This document shows, piece after piece, positions 50,078 through 59,001 of a DNA stretch of 64,000 nt. The stretch is taken from the NCBI GenBank assembly GCA_036351195.1, contig JAZBOQ010000126.1, forward strand, positions 8,059-72,058, written 5' to 3'. The notes under the pieces were generated by a model. It worked only from the letters and a program-made list of their open reading frames with translations, was not told the DNA's origin and did not search any database. Origin of the DNA: Thermoanaerobaculales bacterium. Lineage in GTDB: Bacteria; Acidobacteriota; Thermoanaerobaculia; Thermoanaerobaculales; Sulfomarinibacteraceae. Position 1 is the first letter of the stretch, and every line of letters starts with the position of its first letter. The translations under genes were made by a program, and so were the position numbers.

Positions 50078-50218
50078 TCACGGCGAGCACCCAGCGAGGA
50101 AGGTCGCGGCATAGGGCACCGCGACGAAGACCAGCGCCATGCGGCCGGACATCTCCCAGTTCCTGGAGACCACGGCGCCGGCGACACCGAGCGCGAGAAA
50201 GGCAAAGAGAACACCCAC
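50078..50218 (-). CDS. Small hydrophobic protein (46 aa), possibly the 5' half of a frameshifted membrane-protein gene
   Basis: GTG start preceded by GAGGA 7 nt upstream. VGVLFAFLALGVAGAVVSRNWEMSGRMALVFVAVPYAATFLAGCSP has two predicted TM helices. Confidence 0.3.
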   Translation of the reverse strand: MGVLFAFLALGVAGAVVSRNWEMSGRMALVFVAVPYAATFLAGCSP

Positions 50219-50428
50219 GAGTCAATCCTCAATCACCATTCTCGCATCTCTCGGCAAACGTTCGCAAAAAATGAGGGCCTCGACTGAGGCCCTTTCGAAG
50301 GAGGAGATTCATGGGTGCGTCCTGAATCCAATGTAGGTCACGGTCCGGTCATTGGCCGTGAGCCGGATCACAAAATGAGTCCGGATTGCAGGACGAATCA
50401 AGCATCGCCGGTCTTTTAGAGAAGACAA

Positions 50429-52255
50429 TCACTTCGTCGCCGGCAAGATCTTGGCGCGGAACACGATCTGGTGATCGTCCTTCCAGACACCGTTGATCGC
50501 GGACGAGAAGTACGTTCCGACGATGCCGGCGTCGGGAATCGCTTTCGGGTTGCAGATCCTGAAGTCTTCGTCGTCATCGAGGTTCAGCTCGTCCGCCGCG
50601 GCGATGCCGCGGAAGAGAAGGTCGCCCAGCTCTGTCGGGTCCTGGTACTGGATGGCGCTGGCCCCCTTCGGAAGGGCTGCGACGGCTCGGCGCACTTTGC
50701 GCTCTTTCCAAACCGACCCGCTTTTCGCGGACATTCCGCCGAGGGTGGATTCCAGAGTGGCGGGCGTTCCGATGGAGATCAGAAGATGGGTATCGGTGAC
50801 GACGTAGGCGATCTCGTTCTTCGGTCCCTCGTCGTCGGTTCCGGGAAGCTCGAGGGCGAACACGGTGTGGTCCTCAAAGGACCGCTCGGCGAAGAGCTCC
50901 TCCCCCTGTCCGGTGATGGCGGTGAGGCCGGCAACGGCGTTTTCGAGGGCGTCACGATCGGCGATGCCCAGGGCGATGACCTGATCCTGCCGCAGCTCGA
51001 GGTCGGCGACGGTGGTCCCGCTGATATCCGACACGTTCTGAATCGTGACGATCTCCCCGGTGAGGTTGTCAAGGATGTCGCGTTTCAGATCGAGCTCGAC
51101 GCCGGCGCTTTGGGCGGCGGACTGCAGCTGCATGGCCGCCATGGCGCTGAGGGCCGGGTTGATGCCGTTGACGATCTCGACCAGGGCCGACCAGGCGTCT
51201 CCGAAAACGAAGGCGGCGGTGGTGAAGGAATCGGCGTCGGAACGGATGAATGCGGGACGCGGAGCGTCTCCGGGGCCGTAGGCCAACAGCTTCACCAGAC
51301 CGCGGTTGTCGCTGTAGGTCAGGCCGAAGTCAATGGCCATCGCCCCTTCCTGGAAGGAGAAGGTGGCGAAGAGGGCCTGCATGGTGTCGACGCCGAGGGC
51401 TCGGACAACGCTGTCCGGGTCAATGGGGAACGGGCTGCCGGCCTCCTGCGCGGTTGCCGCGGCGGTCTCCGCCAGCTCCCGGACCACGGGCACCAGGGGC
51501 GCCATGTCGATGAAGAGCCAGGAGTCCGCCGCACCGACGTGCGTGGCGGCAGTCGCGAAGTTCGGGCCGGTGTCCAGCGCGGAATCGGCGCCGCCGTCCA
51601 GGATGGCGCTGACCGCCCGCTGGAGGGCCTCCGCCGGAGAGGCGTAGGCGAGGACGCCATCGACCACTGCCCAGCCGGTCTGGATGTCGTACTCGTCGTC
51701 CGTGATGTCCATGATCCGGAGATCGACGCCGCGGAATTCCTGCGTTGTCGCGACGATTGAATCGCCCGTGGTGTCGTCTCCATTCTTCCGGTGCTCTTCG
51801 ATCAACCGTCCTTCCTGGGCCAGGATCATGGCTTTGACGGCCTCGGCGTTGTCGCCCACCGACACCAGTACGGCGCCGGAGAAATCGGCGTCTTCGGCGC
51901 CATCTTCCAGCTCCAGCTTGAGGTTCTCGATGAAGAAGACGAGGTCTCCAGCAAGGAACGTCTTGATCTCATCGATGCCGAGGCCGGTTTCCCTGCGGAC
52001 GAGCTCGTCCCACCTGCCTTCGCCGAGCTCGTCGCGGAGCGGGGCGAAGAAGGCCGCGACCTGAGGGTCGTTCCACAGGCCCGCAAGGGGAGACGTCTCC
52101 AATTGATCCAGCATGTCGGGAGCATCCGCGACATAGACGACCAGTGGAGATCCGGCCGGTACCAGGTCGGTGAGGTCGTCCACTGCGGCGCTCGATGCTC
52201 CGGCAGCGGCGACGAGACAGCAAAGAACAAGACTGAAAAAAAAGTTGTGTTTCAT
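50429..52255 (-). CDS. Exported hypothetical protein (about 608 aa, DUF3352-like by general appearance)
   Basis: The start is taken at ATG 52255 (MKHNFFFSLVLCCLVAAAGASSAAV signal peptide), not the track's 52501. Acidic and Ala/Asp-rich, with no catalytic motif recognised. Confidence 0.65.
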   Translation of the reverse strand: MKHNFFFSLVLCCLVAAAGASSAAVDDLTDLVPAGSPLVVYVADAPDMLDQLETSPLAGLWNDPQVAAFFAPLRDELGEGRWDELVRRETGLGIDEIKTFLAGDLVFFIENLKLELEDGAEDADFSGAVLVSVGDNAEAVKAMILAQEGRLIEEHRKNGDDTTGDSIVATTQEFRGVDLRIMDITDDEYDIQTGWAVVDGVLAYASPAEALQRAVSAILDGGADSALDTGPNFATAATHVGAADSWLFIDMAPLVPVVRELAETAAATAQEAGSPFPIDPDSVVRALGVDTMQALFATFSFQEGAMAIDFGLTYSDNRGLVKLLAYGPGDAPRPAFIRSDADSFTTAAFVFGDAWSALVEIVNGINPALSAMAAMQLQSAAQSAGVELDLKRDILDNLTGEIVTIQNVSDISGTTVADLELRQDQVIALGIADRDALENAVAGLTAITGQGEELFAERSFEDHTVFALELPGTDDEGPKNEIAYVVTDTHLLISIGTPATLESTLGGMSAKSGSVWKERKVRRAVAALPKGASAIQYQDPTELGDLLFRGIAAADELNLDDDEDFRICNPKAIPDAGIVGTYFSSAINGVWKDDHQIVFRAKILPATK

Positions 52256-52304
52256 CTGGCGGGCCCTTTCTCGTCGTTGCGGTGGGGGTGCTCGTTTTGG
52301 AGGT

Positions 52305-52850
52305 TCATTCGTTCTGGTCCGGGCGGACGACGCCGATGTACGGCAGCGTACGGAAGCGTTCGGCCCAATCGAGTCCACACCCCACAACCCAGACATCGGG
52401 GATGGAAAAGCCGAGGTAGTCGATCTGAGTAAAGACCTCGCGGCGATCGGGTTTTTCCACCAGGACGCAGGTCTTGAGGGACGCCGGGCGGCGGGCTGCA
52501 AGATTGCGCAGCAGGTAGCTCAAGGTGTAGCCGGTGTCGACGATGTCTTCCACCACCACCACGTGCTTGCCGGTGATGTTCCGCCGCAGATCCATGATCA
52601 TGCGCACCGCACCGTCGGTTTCGGTTGACTCGGAATCTCCGTAGGTGGACAGCGCCATGAAGTCCACGCTGCGGGGGATGCTCAGAGCGCGGCTCAGGTC
52701 GGCGAGGAAGATGAAGGAGCCCTTGAGGATACCCACCAGGATCAGATCGTCGACGTCGGCGTAGTCGGCGGAAATCCGAGCCGCCAGCTCGGCGACCTTG
52801 CTCGTGATCTCATCCTCGCTGATCAGGACCTCGGGAACGATGTCGGCCAT
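52305..52850 (-). CDS. hpt: Hypoxanthine-guanine phosphoribosyltransferase
   Basis: Has LVGILKGSFIFLADLSR and the PRPP-binding motif VVVVEDIVDTGYTLSYL. Confidence 0.9.
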   Translation of the reverse strand: MADIVPEVLISEDEITSKVAELAARISADYADVDDLILVGILKGSFIFLADLSRALSIPRSVDFMALSTYGDSESTETDGAVRMIMDLRRNITGKHVVVVEDIVDTGYTLSYLLRNLAARRPASLKTCVLVEKPDRREVFTQIDYLGFSIPDVWVVGCGLDWAERFRTLPYIGVVRPDQNE

Positions 52851-53120
52851 AGATGCCTCCGGATTTCGGTGCGCTCACGGTAGCACGGAGAGGTCGCGGC
52901 CGAGTTGACAGTTAGGTACTGAGCTTCGTTGTAGCGCCGGCGCCCCCGCCGGCGTGATCTCGCTCCGGCGAGGCCGCGACACAGTCGACGTTCCGAATGT
53001 TGCAAGAGGCTCGGTTGACAGTCCCGTCGCCAGCCGCTTGGAGGGGTCACTGTCCGCTGTCGCTGTTCCGGCCTTCACGCTCGTCTTGTCGCTGCAGGCA
53101 TCGGACGCGGACCCGGAAAC
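52851..53120. repeat. Partial mosaic repeat cluster D (divergent hpt / ABC promoter region)
   Basis: TGTAGCGCCGGCGCCCCCGCCGGCGTGATCTCGCTCC (52930-52966) matches an arm of the 57288-57361 hairpin. TTGCAAGAGG (53000-53009) and CTGTCCGCTGTCGCTGTTCCGG are shared with clusters C and B. Confidence 0.7.
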
Positions 53121-54929
53121 ATGAGACCATACCATCGGGTTGCATTGACCGTGATCGGCGACGACGTCTCCTCTCATCCCGTTTTTCGACTGCTGCGGCA
53201 TTACGCCTGGCGCCACCGGTGGAGCTATTTCGCCGGTGCGGTCTTCCTGTGGTTGACGAACTTGCTGACGGTGAGCATCCCCGGAGAGATCGGCCGGGCC
53301 ATCGACGGGCTCCGCGCCGGCGACGCTATCGGCCGTTACGTCGCGCTCATCGCCGTCATGGGTTTGACGATCATCGTCGTTCGAAGCCTGTCCCGCATTC
53401 TCATCTTCAACCCCGGGAGGCACGTGGAATATGCGCTTCGGCGCGATCTCTTCGACCGTCTGCTGCGGCTGCAACCGTCGTTTTACGCGTCCCACCAACG
53501 AGGCGACATCGTCAGCCGGGCCTCCAACGACATCACCTGGGTGCGCACCCTCATCGGTTTCGGAGGCCTGCAGGTGGTGAACGTGAGCCTGGCGGTGGTG
53601 CTCACGATTTGGAAGATGACCGCGCTGTCGTTGCAGCTGACGGCTCTGATGCTGCTGCCCATTCTGCTCGCGATGGTGGTGGTTCAGTGGGCGATTCGGC
53701 GGCTCTTCAAGCTCAGTAGGGAGAACCAGGAGCACCTGGGAGAGATCTCTGAGCATGTTCTCGGCAGCCTGCAGGGCATGGCGACCATTCAGGGATTCGT
53801 CGCCGAGCAGGCCTTCATCGACCGTTTCGAGAAGCGCAATCTGAAGTGGCTCGCCACCGGGATGAAGCTCGCTGTCATCCGAGCGACGGCCTTGCCGCTA
53901 CTGGTCCTCGCCGGTGGCGTGGCGATGTACGTCCTGATCGCCGTCGGCGGCAGCTTGGTGCTCTCCGGCGCCTTGTCGGTGGGTGAGCTCGCGGCCTTCA
54001 GCGCCTTGCTGATGGTCTTTCTGCCGCCCCTCCGGTCATTGGGTTGGATGCTGTCGGTGATTCAGCGCGGACGGGCGGCCCTTGAACGGATCTTCGAGCT
54101 CATGGATGCGCCCGTCGAACGGCCCGAAGGGACGTCGGGTGTGGTGGTTCCTTCGGGCCGCGGGCCGGCGGTGGAGTTTCGCGGCCTCGACTTCGCGTAC
54201 CCCGACGAGCCGGATCGGCCGGTTCTGGAGGGCTTCACCGCGGCGGTTGATCCCGGTGCGGTGGTGGGAATCTTCGGGCGCACCGGATCCGGCAAAAGCA
54301 CCGTGCTGAAGGTTCTCTCCAGGCTCTACAACCCACCCGCCGGAACGATCTTCGTCGATGGCGTCGATCTCGCAACGCTGGATCTCGACGCCTGGCGGGA
54401 GCGCCTGTCGGTGGCGCCCCAGCGGCCGTTCCTCTTTTCCGACAGCATCGTTTCAAACGTGAGCCTGGAGCAGGAACCCGACATCGAGCTGGTGCACAAG
54501 GCCATCGGGAAATCCGCCCTCGGCAAAGATCTCGAGAACCTCCCTGAGGGGGCCAAGACCGTGGTCGGAGAACGCGGCATCATGCTGTCGGGAGGTCAGC
54601 GGCAGCGGGTGGCCCTGGCAAGGGCCATCCACCGCGGGGGCGATCTGATGATCCTCGACGATGTGCTGTCGGCCGTGGATCACACCACCGAGGCCCAGTT
54701 GGTGGAGACCATCGCGGCGCTCGCCCGCCGTCCGGATGCCCCGACCGTTCTGATCGCCAGCCACCGGCTGTCCGCTCTGCGCCACTGCGACACGGTGCTT
54801 GTCATGGAACGCGGCCGTTTGGTGGATCAGGGGCGCCACGCCGAGCTGCTCGAACGCCCCGGGATCTACCGCGACGCCTGGCTCATCCAGAGCCAGCGCT
54901 CGGCAGCGGCGGATGAGGCGGCGTCGTGA
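53121..54929 (+). CDS. ABC transporter, fused permease/ATPase (exporter half-transporter)
   Basis: Has a six-TM N-terminal domain, Walker A GRTGSGKST, signature LSGGQRQR and Walker B LILDD. Confidence 0.9.
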   Translation: MRPYHRVALTVIGDDVSSHPVFRLLRHYAWRHRWSYFAGAVFLWLTNLLTVSIPGEIGRAIDGLRAGDAIGRYVALIAVMGLTIIVVRSLSRILIFNPGRHVEYALRRDLFDRLLRLQPSFYASHQRGDIVSRASNDITWVRTLIGFGGLQVVNVSLAVVLTIWKMTALSLQLTALMLLPILLAMVVVQWAIRRLFKLSRENQEHLGEISEHVLGSLQGMATIQGFVAEQAFIDRFEKRNLKWLATGMKLAVIRATALPLLVLAGGVAMYVLIAVGGSLVLSGALSVGELAAFSALLMVFLPPLRSLGWMLSVIQRGRAALERIFELMDAPVERPEGTSGVVVPSGRGPAVEFRGLDFAYPDEPDRPVLEGFTAAVDPGAVVGIFGRTGSGKSTVLKVLSRLYNPPAGTIFVDGVDLATLDLDAWRERLSVAPQRPFLFSDSIVSNVSLEQEPDIELVHKAIGKSALGKDLENLPEGAKTVVGERGIMLSGGQRQRVALARAIHRGGDLMILDDVLSAVDHTTEAQLVETIAALARRPDAPTVLIASHRLSALRHCDTVLVMERGRLVDQGRHAELLERPGIYRDAWLIQSQRSAAADEAAS

Positions 54930-56680
54930 GCTTCGGGGTCATGCTCCGTCGGCTGTGGCCCTATCTCAAGCCCGACTCGTGGACCTTTGCCCTGGCCCTG
55001 GCGCTGACGCCCGCGGCCGCCGGTCTCAGCCTGGTTCAGCCCTGGTTGCTCAAGCGCGCCATCGACGAGCACATCGTGCCGGGAGCGGCCGAGGGTCTGG
55101 CGGCTCTGGCCCTGACGTACCTCGGTGCGGTGGTGGCGGCCTACGTTGTCGAGGGAGGCTACGTCCTTTCGCTGGCGTGGGGCGGCCAGCGGAGCATCGT
55201 CCGGCTTCGCTCCGGTGTCTATCGCAAGCTGCTCGGGCTCGAGCAGCGCTATCTCGACCGACAACCGGCCGGGCGCCTGATGACTCGGGCGACGTCGGAC
55301 GTGGACGCCCTGGGAGAGGCCTTCTCGTCGGGACTGATCAACATCATTCTCGACGTGTTGATGATCGTCGGCACCATCATCGCCATGCTGTGGTTGGATC
55401 CGAGCCTGACGGTGGTTCTCCTGCTCCTGGCGCCGCCGATCCTGGCGGTGCTCGAGTTCATCCGGCGTCGCCTCCGCGCGCTGTTTTCCGAGGTCCGCGA
55501 AGCACTGGCGTCGGTGAACGCTTTTCTCGCCGAGCGGGTGGACGGCGTCGAGGTGGTTCAGCTCTTCGGCAACGAATCGGAGAGTGCGCGGCTCTTCGAC
55601 CTGCGCAATGATCGCTTTCGGCGTGCGACCACGAAATCCAACGTCTACGACTCGTTCATGTACGCCCTGGTGGATGGGGCGGCCTCGATCTGTGTCGCGG
55701 TGATGCTGTGGTATGGGGCCGGCTTGGCGGCCGCGATGGGGTTGCCGCTGTCGCCGGTGGAGCCCGTGAGCGCCGGCCTGCTGGTGGCGTTCATCGAGTA
55801 CCTGGACCGGCTCTTCCGCCCACTTCGCGAGCTGTCGTCGCGGGTGGCGATCCTGCAGCGGGGAGCTGCGGCGCTGGAGAAAATCCTCGGCCTGCTCGAT
55901 GTGGACGAGGTGGTGAGGGACGAGGGTGAGCTGCTGGGCGAGGTGAAGGGAGCCCTGGTGCTCCGAGACGTGCGCTTCCGCTACCGACCGGACGCCGAGG
56001 ACGTGCTGCATGGGATCGATCTCGAAGTACGGCCCGGCGAAGTTGTGGCGGTGGTGGGTTCCACGGGTTCCGGCAAGACCACGCTGACCCGTCTCCTCGA
56101 CACCTCCTACACCGGCTATCGCGGCTCGATAACCATCGACGGAAGGGAGCTCGCCGGCCTTCGGGGCTCGGATGTGCGGCGCCGGGTGTCAGGTGTTCGG
56201 CAGGACGCTCAGCTCTTCTCCGAGACGGTGCGGTTCAACGTGGATCTCGGACGGCCGGAGATCTCCGAGGAGGACTGCGCCGAGGCCACCGAGTTGGTCC
56301 ACGCCGATTCGATCGTCGATCGGGTGGGGTGGCGGCACGTCGTGCGGGAACGGGGAGCCGACCTTTCGGTGGGGGAGGGTCAGCTGTTGACCCTCGCGCG
56401 GGCCATGGCCCACGATCCGGCGTTGCTCATCCTCGACGAGGCCACAGCGTCCATCGACTCCATGACCGAGCAGCTGATCCAGGACGCACTGGCGCGTATT
56501 TTCGAGCGCAAGACGGTGATCGTCATCGCGCACCGCTTGTCGACGGTGGAGCAGGCCGATCGCATCGTGGTGCTCGAGAACGGAAGCGTCGCGGAGCAGG
56601 GAAGCCACACCGAGCTCATGGCGCTGGACGGACGTTACGCCGAGCTGGTTCGAGCCGGAGAGGATCTGCTGGTGGCGTGA
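54926..56680 (+). CDS. ABC transporter, fused permease/ATPase (partner half-transporter)
   Basis: The GTG overlaps the upstream stop (GTGA). Has Walker A GSTGSGKTT, a degenerate signature (LSVGEGQLL) and Walker B LILDEATAS, suggesting a heterodimer with one non-canonical site. Confidence 0.9.
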   Translation: MSFGVMLRRLWPYLKPDSWTFALALALTPAAAGLSLVQPWLLKRAIDEHIVPGAAEGLAALALTYLGAVVAAYVVEGGYVLSLAWGGQRSIVRLRSGVYRKLLGLEQRYLDRQPAGRLMTRATSDVDALGEAFSSGLINIILDVLMIVGTIIAMLWLDPSLTVVLLLLAPPILAVLEFIRRRLRALFSEVREALASVNAFLAERVDGVEVVQLFGNESESARLFDLRNDRFRRATTKSNVYDSFMYALVDGAASICVAVMLWYGAGLAAAMGLPLSPVEPVSAGLLVAFIEYLDRLFRPLRELSSRVAILQRGAAALEKILGLLDVDEVVRDEGELLGEVKGALVLRDVRFRYRPDAEDVLHGIDLEVRPGEVVAVVGSTGSGKTTLTRLLDTSYTGYRGSITIDGRELAGLRGSDVRRRVSGVRQDAQLFSETVRFNVDLGRPEISEEDCAEATELVHADSIVDRVGWRHVVRERGADLSVGEGQLLTLARAMAHDPALLILDEATASIDSMTEQLIQDALARIFERKTVIVIAHRLSTVEQADRIVVLENGSVAEQGSHTELMALDGRYAELVRAGEDLLVA

Positions 56681-56729
56681 CGCTTTCAACCACGGCGCAA
56701 GAGACTGTTGACCGGAGAGGAGCATCGCC

Positions 56730-57188
56730 ATGTCGAGCACCGACGACACCATTCCCGAGATCAAACGCATTGCACTCATCGCCCACGACAACCGCAAGGC
56801 GGATCTGCTCGACTGGGTTCGTTTCAACCGACAGACGCTGAGCCGTCATCACCTCTTCGGAACCGGGACCACCGGAGGCCTCATCAGCAGCGAGCTCGCC
56901 CTCGACGTCCACCGCTTCCGCTCGGGTCCTCTCGGTGGCGACCAACAGGTGGGCGCCAAGATCGCCGAGGGCGACATCGACATGGTGATCTTCTTCTGGG
57001 ATCCGTTGGAGCCCCTGCCGCACGATGTCGATGTCAAGGCCCTGCTGCGGCTCGCGGTGGTCTACAACATCCCCATGGCCTGCAATCGTTCGACGGCGGA
57101 TTTCCTGATCTCGAGTCCGTTGATGAATTCGTCCTACGAGCGGACCCCCTGGGACCGCGATTTCGCGGTCTCTCCCGGAGGCGATTGA
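56730..57188 (+). CDS. mgsA: Methylglyoxal synthase
   Basis: Has [16 protein letters not shown]...[13 protein letters not shown]...[11 protein letters not shown]...[11 protein letters not shown]. Confidence 0.9.
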   Translation: MSSTDDTIPEIKRIALIAHDNRKADLLDWVRFNRQTLSRHHLFGTGTTGGLISSELALDVHRFRSGPLGGDQQVGAKIAEGDIDMVIFFWDPLEPLPHDVDVKALLRLAVVYNIPMACNRSTADFLISSPLMNSSYERTPWDRDFAVSPGGD

Positions 57189-57816
57189 GGGAGCTTTACC
57201 TGCCGCGGTCTGGCTTGCAGCGGCAGGCATCCCTTAGCCTCTTGCAAAATTCGGCAAATCCACCGAGTGATGGCCTTACCGGAGCGAGATCACGCCGGCG
57301 GGGGCGCCGGCACTACAATGGAGCTCAATATTTTGTAGCGCCGGCGCCCTCGCCGGCGATCTGCCTTCGAGCTTCGTCCTCTCCTGGAATCCGGTGTTTT
57401 TGCAAGAGGCTGAGACCGCCGAGCTCCAGTTGGGCATGGGATCGTGGTGGGAACCTGGTGCGCTGTCGTTGGCCGGAATCGTACCCGGAACGCCGGCCTT
57501 CTGGGCGCCTCCGCCTGCCGGCGTCGTTGGCCAGCGTCGCCCGAGCAGCGTGGTCTATGGGATACGAGGATTCGGTGACCACGCTGTTCGGGCGAGAGGC
57601 GGCCTGCCTGCAGGCTTGAACGACGAACCCTGGATGCGCTCCCCGTGGATTGCCAAGCACGCGCATTGTGCGCTGCGCGCGTCGGACCGAGAGGTCGATG
57701 GAGAGCACAATGGCGTGAATGGCACGTCCCGCCCAACGCGCTGGAGCACTCGGGTTGGGGAGGCGCTCGCGGGTGGGACACGGACGCGGACACGGGAACG
57801 GGTACGATAGCGGCCA
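57189..57816. repeat. Mosaic repeat cluster C (628-bp gene-free interval)
   Basis: The modules are as follows. A stem lies at 57199-57206 / 57220-57227. A nested hairpin spans 57238-57409, with outer arms CCTCTTGCAAAA / TTTTGCAAGAGG and inner arms 57288-57317 / 57334-57361. Then come module 57418-57462, the long hairpin with stem 57547-57565 / 57587-57605, the GGCACGTCC module at 57721-57760, and GGG runs at 57762-57812 ending 5 nt before the next ATG. Confidence 0.8.
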
Positions 57817-58170
57817 ATGAAATGGCTCGTCGTGACTGCGATCCTGGCGTACGTAGGGCTGAGGGTCTATATCTACTTCAAGCCGGGAGCTCCGATCTCG
57901 CGCTATCTGCGCCGGCGGTACATCCTCCGCACCGATGCCCACGCCATGTCGCGCAAGGAGCTTCTCTTGAGCGCCCTGTCGTTCCTGGCCTTTGCGGTGT
58001 GCGCCGGGGCGCTCTATCTCGGTGTCACATCGGGCGCGTCGGAGCTCGGCTGGAGGATCTTCGACGCCCGTCCGGTGGTGGTCGCCGCCAAGGCCGGCCT
58101 CTTCATCGGCGGGATGGCGCTGGCCGCCTGTTTGTTCTTGGTGGGGGCGGCGGCGTTCAGAAAGGACTGA
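57817..58170 (+). CDS. Small integral membrane protein (3 predicted TM helices)
   Basis: 117 aa (MKWLVVTAILAYVGLRVYIYF...) with GC-rich third codon positions. No SD is visible upstream, and the start is directly preceded by a repeat cluster. Confidence 0.5.
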   Translation: MKWLVVTAILAYVGLRVYIYFKPGAPISRYLRRRYILRTDAHAMSRKELLLSALSFLAFAVCAGALYLGVTSGASELGWRIFDARPVVVAAKAGLFIGGMALAACLFLVGAAAFRKD

Positions 58171-58172
58171 AG

Positions 58173-58580
58173 ATGAAACGAGGCCGCAAAGGAAGCTGTC
58201 TCTGCGGAGGCGTTGCCTACGAGATCGAACCGCCTTACGTCTTTTTCCAGTACTGCCACTGCAGCCGCTGCCGCAAGTTCACCGGGGGGGCTCACTCAGC
58301 CAGCCTCATGGTGGCGGGGGAGCAGTTCCGGTGGACGTCGGGCGAGGATCTGGTGCGCCGATACGAGGTGCCCGACGCGAAGTACTTCTGCACCGCGTTC
58401 TGTTCCCGCTGCGGATCGTCTCTGCCGTGGAAGACCCGGGACGGCAGGTTTTATCTGGTGCCGGCGGGAACCCTGGACGAGGAGCCGGGCGAGCCGGTTC
58501 AACGCACCATCTACTGGGGCTCCCGCGCGTCCTGGTACGAACCGGTCGATGCGCTGCCGATCTATGACGAGTTGCCCTGA
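58173..58580 (+). CDS. GFA-family (CENP-V / glutathione-dependent formaldehyde-activating-like) zinc protein
   Basis: Has CLCGGVAYEI...CHCSRCRK...FCSRCGS, the typical GFA cysteine pattern. The ATG at 58173 is 2 nt after the upstream stop. Confidence 0.8.
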   Translation: MKRGRKGSCLCGGVAYEIEPPYVFFQYCHCSRCRKFTGGAHSASLMVAGEQFRWTSGEDLVRRYEVPDAKYFCTAFCSRCGSSLPWKTRDGRFYLVPAGTLDEEPGEPVQRTIYWGSRASWYEPVDALPIYDELP

Positions 58581-58587
58581 GCCGGCG

Positions 58588-59001
58588 ATGACCGGACGGG
58601 CTGCAGATCAGGGATCAGCGAGCCCGTGTCGGCGCCACAGCTGCCACGCCTGCTGTATCGAGACCCGGATGACCCTCACCGAGGCCGACGTCGCCCGTCT
58701 CGAAGAGGCCGGTCACGCGGACTTCGTACGGCTGAATGAAGCTGGTGATCTGGAGATGGTCAACCGCGACGGCGCGTGCGTTTTTCTGCGACGTGGGCGG
58801 TGTGGGGTCTACCATCAGAGGCCGGAGGGCTGCCGATTCTACCCCTTCGTTGTGGACCTGGGGTCGGGTCGGGTGGTCCGGGACGATTTTTGTCCCTACG
58901 CCGACGAGTTCTCATCGAACGAAGAGGTGGTCCGGGAGCTGAAACGGTCGGTGGAGCGGGAGGGCGCCGAGGCGCGCCGGAGACGGAGGCATCATGGGTG
59001 A
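58588..59001 (+). CDS. YkgJ-family (UPF0153) cysteine-cluster protein
   Basis: Has CRRHSCHACCIE...GACVFLRRGRCGVYHQRPEGCRFYPF. Confidence 0.75.
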   Translation: MTGRAADQGSASPCRRHSCHACCIETRMTLTEADVARLEEAGHADFVRLNEAGDLEMVNRDGACVFLRRGRCGVYHQRPEGCRFYPFVVDLGSGRVVRDDFCPYADEFSSNEEVVRELKRSVEREGAEARRRRRHHG

